A stretch of 63,522 nucleotides of DNA, the filler included. It is 4 parts of 4 records of this genome, joined end to end, with 100 filler letters (N's around TTAATTAATTAA, not from the genome) between each part and the next. Parts side by side here need not be neighbours in the genome. Positions count along the whole stretch, not along the records: positions 1 to 31,120 come from SRR20825010_3548; 3 more parts are not named here. One strand, given 5' to 3'. The notes under the pieces are model-generated. The model ran no database searches, was not told the origin of the DNA, and saw only the letters and a program-made list of their open reading frames with translations. This document shows, in pieces, positions 1 to 8,895 of the stretch (position 1 is its first letter; each line of letters opens with the position of its first letter). Both the position numbers and the translations under genes were made by a program.

Positions 1-21
1 ACGCCTGAACGGCGTCGCTCG

Positions 22-52
22 ACCTCTCCCGAAACGAAGTTTCGGGAGAGGT
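22..52. repeat. Perfect 14-bp inverted repeat (REP-like palindrome or hairpin)
   Basis: ACCTCTCCCGAAAC-GAA-GTTTCGGGAGAGGT read directly; intergenic, with no adjacent U-tract. Confidence 0.6.
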
Positions 53-326
53 ACGCCATGTGGAAATCTGCCGAAAAGCGGAATCAAAAAAACTGCTTGC
101 CCTCCAAGAGTTGGGACCTGCTGGGCTGGTGGAGGTGACCGCAAAAAACGGGTGTTTTTGTGAAAATGGCGTGTGGAAGTGACGTGATAGGCAGAGAGAT
201 GCCCTCTCTTGGTGGCCCATCAGGTGAACGCGTGGTTGGATCCTCGTTCGTGATGGGAAAGGCTGGCGATTGATGTGATCGCGGATGCCTCCTTTTTCCC
301 TCGTCTCATTGCAGTGTCTGCCCAAT

Positions 327-2192
327 ATGACTCAACGGAAGAAACGAACACGCCGTCTTGCGATCCAATCTCTCGAAACTCGCCGTGTGCTTGCCGCCAG
401 CCTGGGCTGGGATGGGCCTGGACTGGGCAGTGCTGCCCTGACCTACACCATTACAGGATCGCCGAGCACGCTGACTCAGGAAGAGACTGATGCGGCGATC
501 GAAACCGCGTTCAACGCTTGGGCCAGCGTCGCGGACATTGAGTTCACGGAAGTCGACCAAGTCGGACTGAATGATTCCATCGATATCTCGTTCGAGAATT
601 TGGATGGGAGAGCGGGCACACTGGCACAGGCGTATTTCCCCGACGATGTGAACCCGGCTCGATTGGCTGGTGACATCCAGTTTGATCTTTCGGAAACCTG
701 GGAAGTTGGCAACTCGCTGGGCAATGCCGCGTTCGATTTGGTGTGGGTCGCGGTGCACGAAATCGGTCACTCGTTGGGGCTGGATCACACCGATGCGTCC
801 GGAAGTGTTCTGGCGCCATTTGTTTCCGCCAATCAATCGTTCACCGAATTGGACGAGGATGATGCGATTGCAATCACCGAGTTGTACGCGGCGGCAGATA
901 CTGCGGTGGACGAGCCTGTTGACGAGTTGGACCCGACCGACGAATCCGAAGTCTCGACGGACGATGAGACGACGGATGCCGCAGACGACCCGGTGTTGGA
1001 AGATCCTTCGACGGACGAACCCGGCAATGACAATGACCAGGAATTGGATTCAGGGAACAATGATTTCCGCAACCGTTGGTTTGTCTGGAACCGATGGTTT
1101 CGAACCCGTTTTCAGCAACGATTCAGCGGGCGTTTGGATGCGGAACTGGATTCATTCAACTACGTCAATCCAACGGATGTCAACGAAGACGATCGCACAA
1201 CGGCATTGGACGCGTTGATGGTCATCAATCGGCTCAATCAAGCATCGGAGGGTGAGTCCGATGACGTCGAGATAGACGGGTTGTGCGACGTCAACGGCGA
1301 TGGAAGCGTGACCTCTTTGGATGCGTTGATGGTCATCAATGCGATGAACGATGCGGATGTGGACGACGCTGCTTCCGAGTCGGCGGTGACGGATGTCGAC
1401 ATGGAATCGGACGAGGAGGAAGTGAACTCGGAAGCGGACTCCTTGGACGATACCGAGGTTGTGTTCGACGAGGAGGACGAATCGACGATCGACGAAGGCG
1501 GTTTGGTCGATGTTCCAACTGCCGAGGATGATGAAACAATCGACGAGGACCCCGATTCCAGTGGTGAGACGGATTCCAACGAGGGAACGGGTTCCGATGA
1601 AGAGAACGGCGACGAATCAATGGACGACGATGACATCGATGATGAGATGATCGATGACAACGAAACCATGTCCGAGGAAGACTGTGATTACCGGGCGGAT
1701 GGATTTGATCGACGAAACCACGGTTTGTTCCGTGCCGGTTTGTTCAGCGGTGACGTTGAGTCGTTGATCGAGCGGTTGGATGCGGACGGTGATTCGGCTC
1801 TTTCGGAAGCAGAAGTGTCCGAGCGGTTGTGGGAAAAACTGACTGGTTTGGAGGCCGATGGTGATGCCGATGGTTTGCTGACCGCGGAAGAATTAAAAGC
1901 CGCGTTCCTGGTCGCTCGTGAGGAACGTTTCTTATCGAAAGACACCGACGAGGACGGTTTGATCACGGAGACCGAGGTTCGCGATCGGCTTTGGGCGAAA
2001 TTGGCGAAGGCGGATGCGGACGCCGATGGCGGTGTTTCTTTCTCGGAATGGGAGGCCTTTCGGGAAGAAGCTGAGGCAGCCGATTCGGATTCTGTCTCTT
2101 TGCGATCATCGCGATTGGATCGCGTCGATGCAGCGTTCAGCGTGGTGGGTCGGGATGCCCCTCGGGATCGGTTCTCGAGGTTTCGGCGATAA
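327..2192 (+). CDS. Secreted matrixin-family (M10-like) zinc metalloprotease with dockerin-like repeats and EF-hand-like loops
   Basis: N-terminal planctomycete extracellular motif RRLAIQSLETRRVLAA; TLAQAYFP and GDIQFD; HEIGHSLGLDH; two DVNxDxxxxxLDALMVIN dockerin repeats; four DxDxD-type loops; acidic linkers. Start placed at ATG 327 (ORF is open from 285). Confidence 0.85.
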   Translation: MTQRKKRTRRLAIQSLETRRVLAASLGWDGPGLGSAALTYTITGSPSTLTQEETDAAIETAFNAWASVADIEFTEVDQVGLNDSIDISFENLDGRAGTLAQAYFPDDVNPARLAGDIQFDLSETWEVGNSLGNAAFDLVWVAVHEIGHSLGLDHTDASGSVLAPFVSANQSFTELDEDDAIAITELYAAADTAVDEPVDELDPTDESEVSTDDETTDAADDPVLEDPSTDEPGNDNDQELDSGNNDFRNRWFVWNRWFRTRFQQRFSGRLDAELDSFNYVNPTDVNEDDRTTALDALMVINRLNQASEGESDDVEIDGLCDVNGDGSVTSLDALMVINAMNDADVDDAASESAVTDVDMESDEEEVNSEADSLDDTEVVFDEEDESTIDEGGLVDVPTAEDDETIDEDPDSSGETDSNEGTGSDEENGDESMDDDDIDDEMIDDNETMSEEDCDYRADGFDRRNHGLFRAGLFSGDVESLIERLDADGDSALSEAEVSERLWEKLTGLEADGDADGLLTAEELKAAFLVAREERFLSKDTDEDGLITETEVRDRLWAKLAKADADADGGVSFSEWEAFREEAEAADSDSVSLRSSRLDRVDAAFSVVGRDAPRDRFSRFRR

Positions 2193-2305
2193 ATCGATGA
2201 GTTTTGAAAAAAGCTGAAAAAGAGGTGACGGTTTGTAGTTTGCCCCGCAACTAGTTCCTTGCGAATGATGATGCGAAGTCACACTACTCTTCGGAAGGCA
2301 ATGCG

Positions 2306-2983
2306 ATGGTCGCCACGGACTCCTCATGGACGACGCGCGAAAACGATTCCAGCGACCGAGAAGGTTGGGGCAACGACGTCGGGTTCATGGAGTTGTTGGA
2401 CCACGCACGCGATGGTGACAGGGACGCGTTGGGACGACTGCTCCAGTGGTACACGAACTACTTGACGATCTTAGCCAGCACTCAGTTGGATCGTCGGCTT
2501 CGCAAACGAGTCAATCCATCGGACATCGTTCAAGAAGCGATGTTGGAAGCTCATCAGGACTTTGGCGATTTTCGTGGCACCAGTCAGGGCGAGCTGCTTT
2601 GTTGGTTGCGAACGATCTTGATTCACACGTTGCATCGCAGTTTCAAACGCCACGTTCAAGTTCAAAAACGAGACATTCGTCGCGAAGTTTCTCTGGAAGC
2701 GGTCAGCAATCGATTGGAGGAGTCGGCTTGCAATTGGGCAGGCATTTTGGCGGGCAACGAACCCTCGCCGAGTGCGCCGATGCGTGCCCGTGAAGGTGCC
2801 GTCGAATTGTCCAACCAGCTCAGCAAGCTCAAACCACATTACCGCGAAGTGATCGTCCTGCGAGTACTGCAAGGGCTATCGTTTGATGAGATCGCGGAGC
2901 GAATGGATCGCAAGTGCGGTGCTGTTCGGATGCTTTGGTTGCGAGCGCTGGAGAGTTTCAAAGCATCCGAGGATCAGCATTGA
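2306..2983 (+). CDS. ECF RNA polymerase sigma-70 factor, planctomycete kinase-associated type
   Basis: Region 2 (RKRVNPSDIVQEAMLEAH...WLRTIL) and region 4 (LKPHYREVIVLRVLQGLSFDEIAERM...RMLWLRAL); stop overlaps the kinase start (TGATG). Confidence 0.92.
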   Translation: MVATDSSWTTRENDSSDREGWGNDVGFMELLDHARDGDRDALGRLLQWYTNYLTILASTQLDRRLRKRVNPSDIVQEAMLEAHQDFGDFRGTSQGELLCWLRTILIHTLHRSFKRHVQVQKRDIRREVSLEAVSNRLEESACNWAGILAGNEPSPSAPMRAREGAVELSNQLSKLKPHYREVIVLRVLQGLSFDEIAERMDRKCGAVRMLWLRALESFKASEDQH

Positions 2984-5652
2984 TGGTCGCCTTTGAATTG
3001 TCGACGGATGAATCGCAATCGACGGATCCATCGCTGCTGCGCGGTCTGAATGACGAGCAACAATCTCGGCTGACGAAGTTGTTGGATGAGTACTTGGTCG
3101 GTTTGGAAAATGGCGAGTCATTGGACTCGGATGAAATCGTTCGGCAGAACCCAGACTTGGGTTCCGTCTTTCATGCCTACCTTGAAAAGCTGAGAGCTCT
3201 CTACGGCGTGGCCGCCGGGATGCACCCCACTCTCGATGCACCGTCGGTTCCGCTGCCGGCGGACAAACAACTCGGTGACTTCCTTTTGCATCATGAGATT
3301 GGTCGTGGTGGGATGGGAGTTGTCTACGAAGCCAGCCAGCAGTCGCTTGATCGACGCGTCGCGATCAAGTTGCTGCCGCTAGCTTCCATGTTGGACTCGA
3401 ACCAGATCGCTCGTTTCAAAAACGAAGCTCACGCGGCTGGCTTGCTGCAGCATCCTCACATTGTCCCGATCCACAGCGTCGGTAGCCATCAAGGCGTTCA
3501 CTACTACGCGATGCAGTTCATCGATGGCATCGCCTTGGATGCTTGGGTGCGGGAACGTCGTGAGGAAAAAATCGCTGGTGAGCTTGCCGTGGATTCAGGG
3601 ACGTCCTCCGGCGAATCTCGGGCGGAGTCGGCGGAACGAAAACGCGACGCATGGAAGCAAGTGGTTCAGTGGGGAATCGACATCGCTGACGCGTTGCACG
3701 TTGCCCATGAAAATGGTGTGGTCCATCGTGACGTGAAGCCATCCAACTTGATGCTTGATCGATCCGGCAAGATTTGGGTGACCGATTTTGGTTTGGCTCG
3801 CTGTCAGACCGAAATGTCTTTGACTCGGTCAGGGGACGTCATTGGAACGATGCGGTACATGAGTCCCGAGCAATCTCGCGGGCAGTCGGCTTTGATTGAT
3901 GGACGAGCCGATGAATATTCTTTGGCCGCAACGTTGTACGAATGCCTGACGTTGCGTTACGCCCACGAAGGCGAAGATGCGGCAACGATTCTGAAGAAGA
4001 TCGACAACGAGGAGGTGATCCCGCTGCATCTATTGCGGCCCGATTTGCCTCGTGATCTAGGCACCGTGATAGCAAAGGCGATGTCGAAGGGGCGTGAGGA
4101 TCGATACGAGACCGCCAAAGAGTTCGCCGAAGACATGGATCGAGTGTTGCGGGGTGAACCCACCATCGCCAGACCACCATCGATGAGCGATCGCTTGATC
4201 CGTCTGGCTTCGAAGCATCGTCGTGTGGCACTGTCGGCGGCTTTGATTGTGACTTTGGGTTTGGTCGGGTCGGCGATTTACAATGCCAAGCTGGCAGCGG
4301 CGAAGAGCGTGTCGGATAGCAATTTGGCGCGAGCCACTCGGAGCGAGCTGTTGGCTCGCGGAGCGATCGATCGTTTGGGAGCTCAGATGGCCGAGTCGCT
4401 CGCTCACATCCCCGGGGCTGATTCGGTTCGTCGGGAGTACCTGCTGGAAACACTGCAGTACTACGAACTCTTTGCAGCGGAAGTCAAAGACGATCCAGCA
4501 TTGCGCGAGGACCTGGCAATGACGCTTGCGAAAGTGGGTGATCTGCAATCTGAACTGGGGGCTAGTCAACAGGCGATCGCGGCCCTGAAACGCAGTGAAT
4601 CGATCTACGCGGAGTTGGCGGCTGATGCGGGAATCAACGATCCCGTGCGGCTGCACTGGTCGACGTGCCAGAACAACTTGGCACAAGCTTTGGTACGGGC
4701 AGGGAAACTGGAGGAGGCAGCTCGCTATTTTGTTCGGGCGATGAAACTTCAACAGAAGCTGGTCGATCAAGGACCCGCGTTTCCACAACGCCGCGAGGCC
4801 GAAGTGTTGTTGGCAACAACGATGAACAACATGGGTTTGTTGTTGATGCGAACCGATGCAAAAGCGGAAGCGGAATCGTATTTTGCGAAAGCAATTGAGC
4901 GTCTTCAGCCGCTGACCATCGAATTGGTATCAAATACAGACAAATTGTCGGAATCAAATGCGGGGGAGATTGCGAAAAAGTTGTCAGCGGTTCAGTCCAA
5001 TTTGGCGGGCCTGTTGACGGAATCGGACCCTGAACGAGCGATCCGTTATGCGAGTCAGGCACTCGAGTCCCAATTGAGTTTCTTGCAGGCTGAACCAGGT
5101 GACGCGGAGATTGCCGGACAGACGATGGTGACGCTCAATACGCTCGGCGCAGCGCAATTCGCGATGGGGAGGAATGCGAAAGCAATCGAGACATTCGAAC
5201 AAGCCATTGAAATGGGCAATCAAGTGGTGCTCCGTTGGCCCAGTCACCCGAACTACCGGAGGGATTTGTCACTCAGTTTCAATCACTTGGGTTTGGTTCG
5301 ATCGAAGATGAAATCTCTGGGAAAGGCACGGGCAGCATTTGAGAAGGCGCTGGAAGTTGGACAACCGCTCGCTACTCAATTTCCAGAAGACGCCGAGACG
5401 CAGAGCATGCTGGGTGGAGTTTGGAACAACTATGGATTCCTTCAACAGCAACTGGGGGATGCTGGGGCAGCCGCCGAGGCATATTCCCACGCCATTCGCC
5501 TGCAATCCGTCGCGGTTTCGGTTGCGCCGGAAGTTGTTCGTTACAATGAATACCTGCGAAAGCACCGGGCGAATCATCAAAGCGTGATGCCTTCTGCCGG
5601 AAACTCGCTGCCTCAAGAAGAGCTACAAGGATTGATTCATGAAGCCAATTAA
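2983..5652 (+). CDS. Hanks-type Ser/Thr protein kinase with one TM helix and a C-terminal TPR domain
   Basis: IGRGGMGVVY, VAIK, HRDVKPSN, TDFGLA, GTMRYMSPEQ; hydrophobic segment VALSAALIVTLGLVGSAIY; TPR-like repeats (NNLAQAL, NNMGLLL, NHLGLV, NNYGFL). Start at ATG 2983, coupled to the sigma stop. Confidence 0.92.
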   Translation: MVAFELSTDESQSTDPSLLRGLNDEQQSRLTKLLDEYLVGLENGESLDSDEIVRQNPDLGSVFHAYLEKLRALYGVAAGMHPTLDAPSVPLPADKQLGDFLLHHEIGRGGMGVVYEASQQSLDRRVAIKLLPLASMLDSNQIARFKNEAHAAGLLQHPHIVPIHSVGSHQGVHYYAMQFIDGIALDAWVRERREEKIAGELAVDSGTSSGESRAESAERKRDAWKQVVQWGIDIADALHVAHENGVVHRDVKPSNLMLDRSGKIWVTDFGLARCQTEMSLTRSGDVIGTMRYMSPEQSRGQSALIDGRADEYSLAATLYECLTLRYAHEGEDAATILKKIDNEEVIPLHLLRPDLPRDLGTVIAKAMSKGREDRYETAKEFAEDMDRVLRGEPTIARPPSMSDRLIRLASKHRRVALSAALIVTLGLVGSAIYNAKLAAAKSVSDSNLARATRSELLARGAIDRLGAQMAESLAHIPGADSVRREYLLETLQYYELFAAEVKDDPALREDLAMTLAKVGDLQSELGASQQAIAALKRSESIYAELAADAGINDPVRLHWSTCQNNLAQALVRAGKLEEAARYFVRAMKLQQKLVDQGPAFPQRREAEVLLATTMNNMGLLLMRTDAKAEAESYFAKAIERLQPLTIELVSNTDKLSESNAGEIAKKLSAVQSNLAGLLTESDPERAIRYASQALESQLSFLQAEPGDAEIAGQTMVTLNTLGAAQFAMGRNAKAIETFEQAIEMGNQVVLRWPSHPNYRRDLSLSFNHLGLVRSKMKSLGKARAAFEKALEVGQPLATQFPEDAETQSMLGGVWNNYGFLQQQLGDAGAAAEAYSHAIRLQSVAVSVAPEVVRYNEYLRKHRANHQSVMPSAGNSLPQEELQGLIHEAN

Positions 5653-7087
5653 CGACTCGCGAATCTTATTGCTCGAACAACTTGAATCACGTTCTTTGTT
5701 GGCCGGCGGGATCTTCGCGCATTCTGATATGGGTGCTGCGAACCAAGGAATGGACCGATCGCAAATGGATCGAGCGGTTCCGGCATTGCAACGTGCAGCT
5801 GCCGAAATCAATTCCGGTAGCGCGCGTGATGGTGCGGGGATTCAGAATCGATCAGAACGTTCGCTGGATCCCGGCGGTGCACGTCCGATGCGAGACTTCG
5901 CTGCGATTTCACGCCCATCAGTACAACACGGTCATCCTGGACAACGTGATGGAGGACAGAACGATCGGGGGCAACCCATTTCCGGGCGTGAGCCTCGCGG
6001 CGGTGATTTGCGAACATTCGATCTGATTGGTCAATCGTCGCAGGCAAATTCACAAACGTCGGTCGAAGGTTCATCTAGCAATCAGAGTCTTCAGTCGTCT
6101 GGTTCCAGTTCGGTGCTGTGGACGGTTCAGTTTGTGGTTGCTGCGCCGCGACCATCCAACAGTGTGAGTGTGGGTGATGTGCTTGATGGTTGGAGCGGCG
6201 GAAGTGTTCGTTCGTCGGCGGGCGAAGGAACCGTGTTGGCTCGTGCGAACTCCGCCGCCGGTTCATCGGAGTCTGGTTCGACAGGCCGGGGCAGCGATTC
6301 GAAATCATCCGCATCGAATGTTGCAACGAGCAATACCGGTGCCGTACAAGGCAGTGGTTCGTCGGTTGCCTCGGTCGATGATTCAACAGCCTCCGTTGCA
6401 GTCGCGAACGTCGCCGAACGGACGAATCGCTCGACTGACAACTCGCAAATTGCCGCGGTTGATTCGTCGTCGCCTATCGCCGGCGAAGTGGATGGGGGAA
6501 CGATCGATTGGTTGCCCCGAGTTTCCAGCAGCGACGTGTCGCTGGAATCCTCCGGATCGGACGACGACGCATGGGAATTGGACGAACGCACGCTCGAGCA
6601 ACTTCGCAAGGTGGCTCGAGATGCAACGGATGATCTGACGGAGGGCATCGAATCGGGGCGTGTTCGTGACGCGAGCGAAACGCCGTTGTTGGAAGGACAT
6701 TCTGTCGACGACGCTTTGGCAAGTTGGTTTGGCTCTCCCACCGGCTTGATCGATGGGATCCAATTCCAGGGTGCATTGCCAACGGTCGTTCCGACTTTTT
6801 CACCTGAAATGGTGGAGATCGCTTTGGATGCAACCGTGGGAGTCCACCGGACAATCGGTCTGATGGCTTCAGCGGAGAAGGTTCCGGGCCCAGTCGTTGT
6901 GAACGAAGTTCGCGATGCAGTGTTGGCGGCGATCGCGTTTGAGACCGATGCACTAGCACAGCCTGCTTTGGACACTCGTCCACTTCGGTTGTCAGGATTC
7001 GCCTATCCGGGGGTCGCAATCGTTGCGGGGACTTTGGCACTGAACGCACGTCGACGTCGTTCAGGAGTCCTGCTGACCAGCCGCTGA
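5639..7087 (+). CDS. Planctomycete extracellular low-complexity (Ser/Gly-rich) protein with a C-terminal hydrophobic anchor
   Basis: N-terminal RILLLEQLESRSLLAG motif; Ser-rich middle; C-terminal FAYPGVAIVAGTLAL-NARRRR; overlaps the kinase stop by 14 nt. Confidence 0.7.
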   Translation: MKPINDSRILLLEQLESRSLLAGGIFAHSDMGAANQGMDRSQMDRAVPALQRAAAEINSGSARDGAGIQNRSERSLDPGGARPMRDFAAISRPSVQHGHPGQRDGGQNDRGQPISGREPRGGDLRTFDLIGQSSQANSQTSVEGSSSNQSLQSSGSSSVLWTVQFVVAAPRPSNSVSVGDVLDGWSGGSVRSSAGEGTVLARANSAAGSSESGSTGRGSDSKSSASNVATSNTGAVQGSGSSVASVDDSTASVAVANVAERTNRSTDNSQIAAVDSSSPIAGEVDGGTIDWLPRVSSSDVSLESSGSDDDAWELDERTLEQLRKVARDATDDLTEGIESGRVRDASETPLLEGHSVDDALASWFGSPTGLIDGIQFQGALPTVVPTFSPEMVEIALDATVGVHRTIGLMASAEKVPGPVVVNEVRDAVLAAIAFETDALAQPALDTRPLRLSGFAYPGVAIVAGTLALNARRRRSGVLLTSR

Positions 7088-7121
7088 TCGGTGTTGCGGA
7101 CAGAGCGAGTTGCAAGCTGAC

Positions 7122-7172
7122 GGGCTGGGTGCTGAGGAGGGCCGGGTAACGAGGAGGGCCGGGTCCTGAGGA
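7122..7172 (+). repeat. Three tandem copies of a 17-bp G-rich unit
   Basis: GGGCTGGGTGCTGAGGA / GGGCCGGGTAACGAGGA / GGGCCGGGTCCTGAGGA read directly. Confidence 0.8.
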
Positions 7173-7306
7173 GGACAGCGAGCGAAAGTGCCGCTGATCG
7201 CAAACGCGGAAACGGAACTTGGGCGGACTTTGTGGGTTCAATGCTTCATCGGGGGCGTTCTGGACGTTCCTAGTCATTCCCCACCGGCATTCTCGGAGCT
7301 GGAATC

Positions 7307-8752
7307 TTGCGACACACGACCCTTTTCTTTGGTTTGGCATTCTTTGCGTGCTGTGCCAACCACGCCGTATCGCCCGCCAACGGCAACGATATCAATCGCG
7401 ATTGGCCGCAGTGGCGCGGGCCGGATGCGTCCGGAACGGCGTTGGAATCCAGTCCGCCGACGACTTGGAGCGAATCAGAAAACATCCTTTGGAAGATCGA
7501 TGTTCCCGGCATCGGTAGCAGCACCCCGATCATCCTTGGCGATCGCGTGTATGTCAGCACCGCGGTGAAAACGGACGAAGTTGCCGAAGGTGCTGGTTCG
7601 GCTGAAACCTCGAACCAAACGCCGCCGGAATCCGGCCCACCGCGGGGAGATCGCCGTGCCGAGGGTGGGCGTCCGGAAGGCGGGCGTGGAGGACTGGATC
7701 GCGGAGGCCGTGGTCGTGGCCGCGGCGGTCGTGGTGGCAGTGCCAAACCGACGAACGTCTACGACTTCGTTGTGATCGCTTACGATCGGAATAACGGCAA
7801 AGAGATTTGGCGGACATCGGTGACTCAGGAAGTGCCTCACGAAGCTGGGCACAACACCAACACCTTTGCGTCATCCTCACCGGTGACTGATGGTGAGAAG
7901 TTGTATATGTCGTTTGGATCGCGAGGCGTTTTTTGCCTGGATCTGGATGGCACGCAACTGTGGAGTGTGGATCTGGGACAGATGCAAACTCGAAATCAGT
8001 TTGGTGAAGGTAGCTCACCAGCGGTTCACGATGGCATCTTGGTGGTGCCGTGGGATCACGAAGGAGAGTCGTTCATCGTGGCTTTGGACGCAGCTACCGG
8101 AGAAGAAAAATGGCGGCAAAGTCGTGATGAGCAAACGACTTGGTCAACGCCTTTGATCACCGAGTACGAAGGTCGCACGCAAGTCATCACAAACGGTTCC
8201 AATCGAGTTCGGAGCTATGATTTGACGACTGGTGAATTGATTTGGGAATGCGGCGGCCAAGCCGGCAATCCGATTCCTTCGCCGGTTCGGTTTGAGGACA
8301 ACGTCATCGTGATGACTGGTTTTCGAGGCTACGCGATTTATTCGATTCCGCTGGGTGCGAAAGGTGATGTCACCAACAGCGACGTGATCACTTGGATCGA
8401 AGAAGACGCGGCTCCTTATGTCCCGTCACCGGTTCTCTACAAAGGTCAGCTTTACTTCGTGAAGGCCAACAATGGTGTCTTGGTTTCTCGGAAGGCAAAG
8501 ACCGGTGAACTGGTGATTGATCAAACACGCCTGCCTGATGTCTCGACGGTCTATGCCTCACCGGTGGCAGCGGCTGATCACATCTATTTCACTGGACGCG
8601 ATGGAACGACTTTGGTTTTGAGTCACGGCAGTGAGATGGAAGTGGTCGCTACGAACAAGCTGGACGATGAAATCGACGCGTCCGCAGCCATCGTTGGGGA
8701 CCAAATCTTCATGCGAAGCAAGTCGCATTTGTACTGCATCGGCAAGGAATGA
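7307..8752 (+). CDS. PQQ-like beta-propeller repeat protein (BamB-like planctomycete family)
   Basis: Signal peptide, DWPQWRGP, WSESENILWK, SSTPII, repeated LDxxTGxxxW blades, YASPV; TTG start. Confidence 0.85.
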   Translation: MRHTTLFFGLAFFACCANHAVSPANGNDINRDWPQWRGPDASGTALESSPPTTWSESENILWKIDVPGIGSSTPIILGDRVYVSTAVKTDEVAEGAGSAETSNQTPPESGPPRGDRRAEGGRPEGGRGGLDRGGRGRGRGGRGGSAKPTNVYDFVVIAYDRNNGKEIWRTSVTQEVPHEAGHNTNTFASSSPVTDGEKLYMSFGSRGVFCLDLDGTQLWSVDLGQMQTRNQFGEGSSPAVHDGILVVPWDHEGESFIVALDAATGEEKWRQSRDEQTTWSTPLITEYEGRTQVITNGSNRVRSYDLTTGELIWECGGQAGNPIPSPVRFEDNVIVMTGFRGYAIYSIPLGAKGDVTNSDVITWIEEDAAPYVPSPVLYKGQLYFVKANNGVLVSRKAKTGELVIDQTRLPDVSTVYASPVAAADHIYFTGRDGTTLVLSHGSEMEVVATNKLDDEIDASAAIVGDQIFMRSKSHLYCIGKE

Positions 8753-8895
8753 ATTTGGTCTCTACCAGCATCCATCGTCTCGATGAATGTTGGTAGCATG
8801 AACCATTCAGAGCGGGCGACTGGCAGATCGGTTCCAGTCGCTCGCTTGATTGTTTCAACAGTTTTCCATTGCCCCATCGAACAGTTGAGCCCACT

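Noticed and set aside
132-2229. GAGGTGAC shared upstream of the protease and sigma genes as an autoregulatory ECF promoter
   Set aside because: Only 8 bp match, with no shared -10 element; compatible with chance
7122-7172. CRISPR array
   Set aside because: Units are 17 bp and contiguous, with no spacers and no cas genes
7214-7242. ECF-type promoter GGAACTT...TTCAAT upstream of the beta-propeller gene
   Set aside because: The -35 looks right but the -10 match and spacing are ambiguous; it cannot be tied to the local sigma factor
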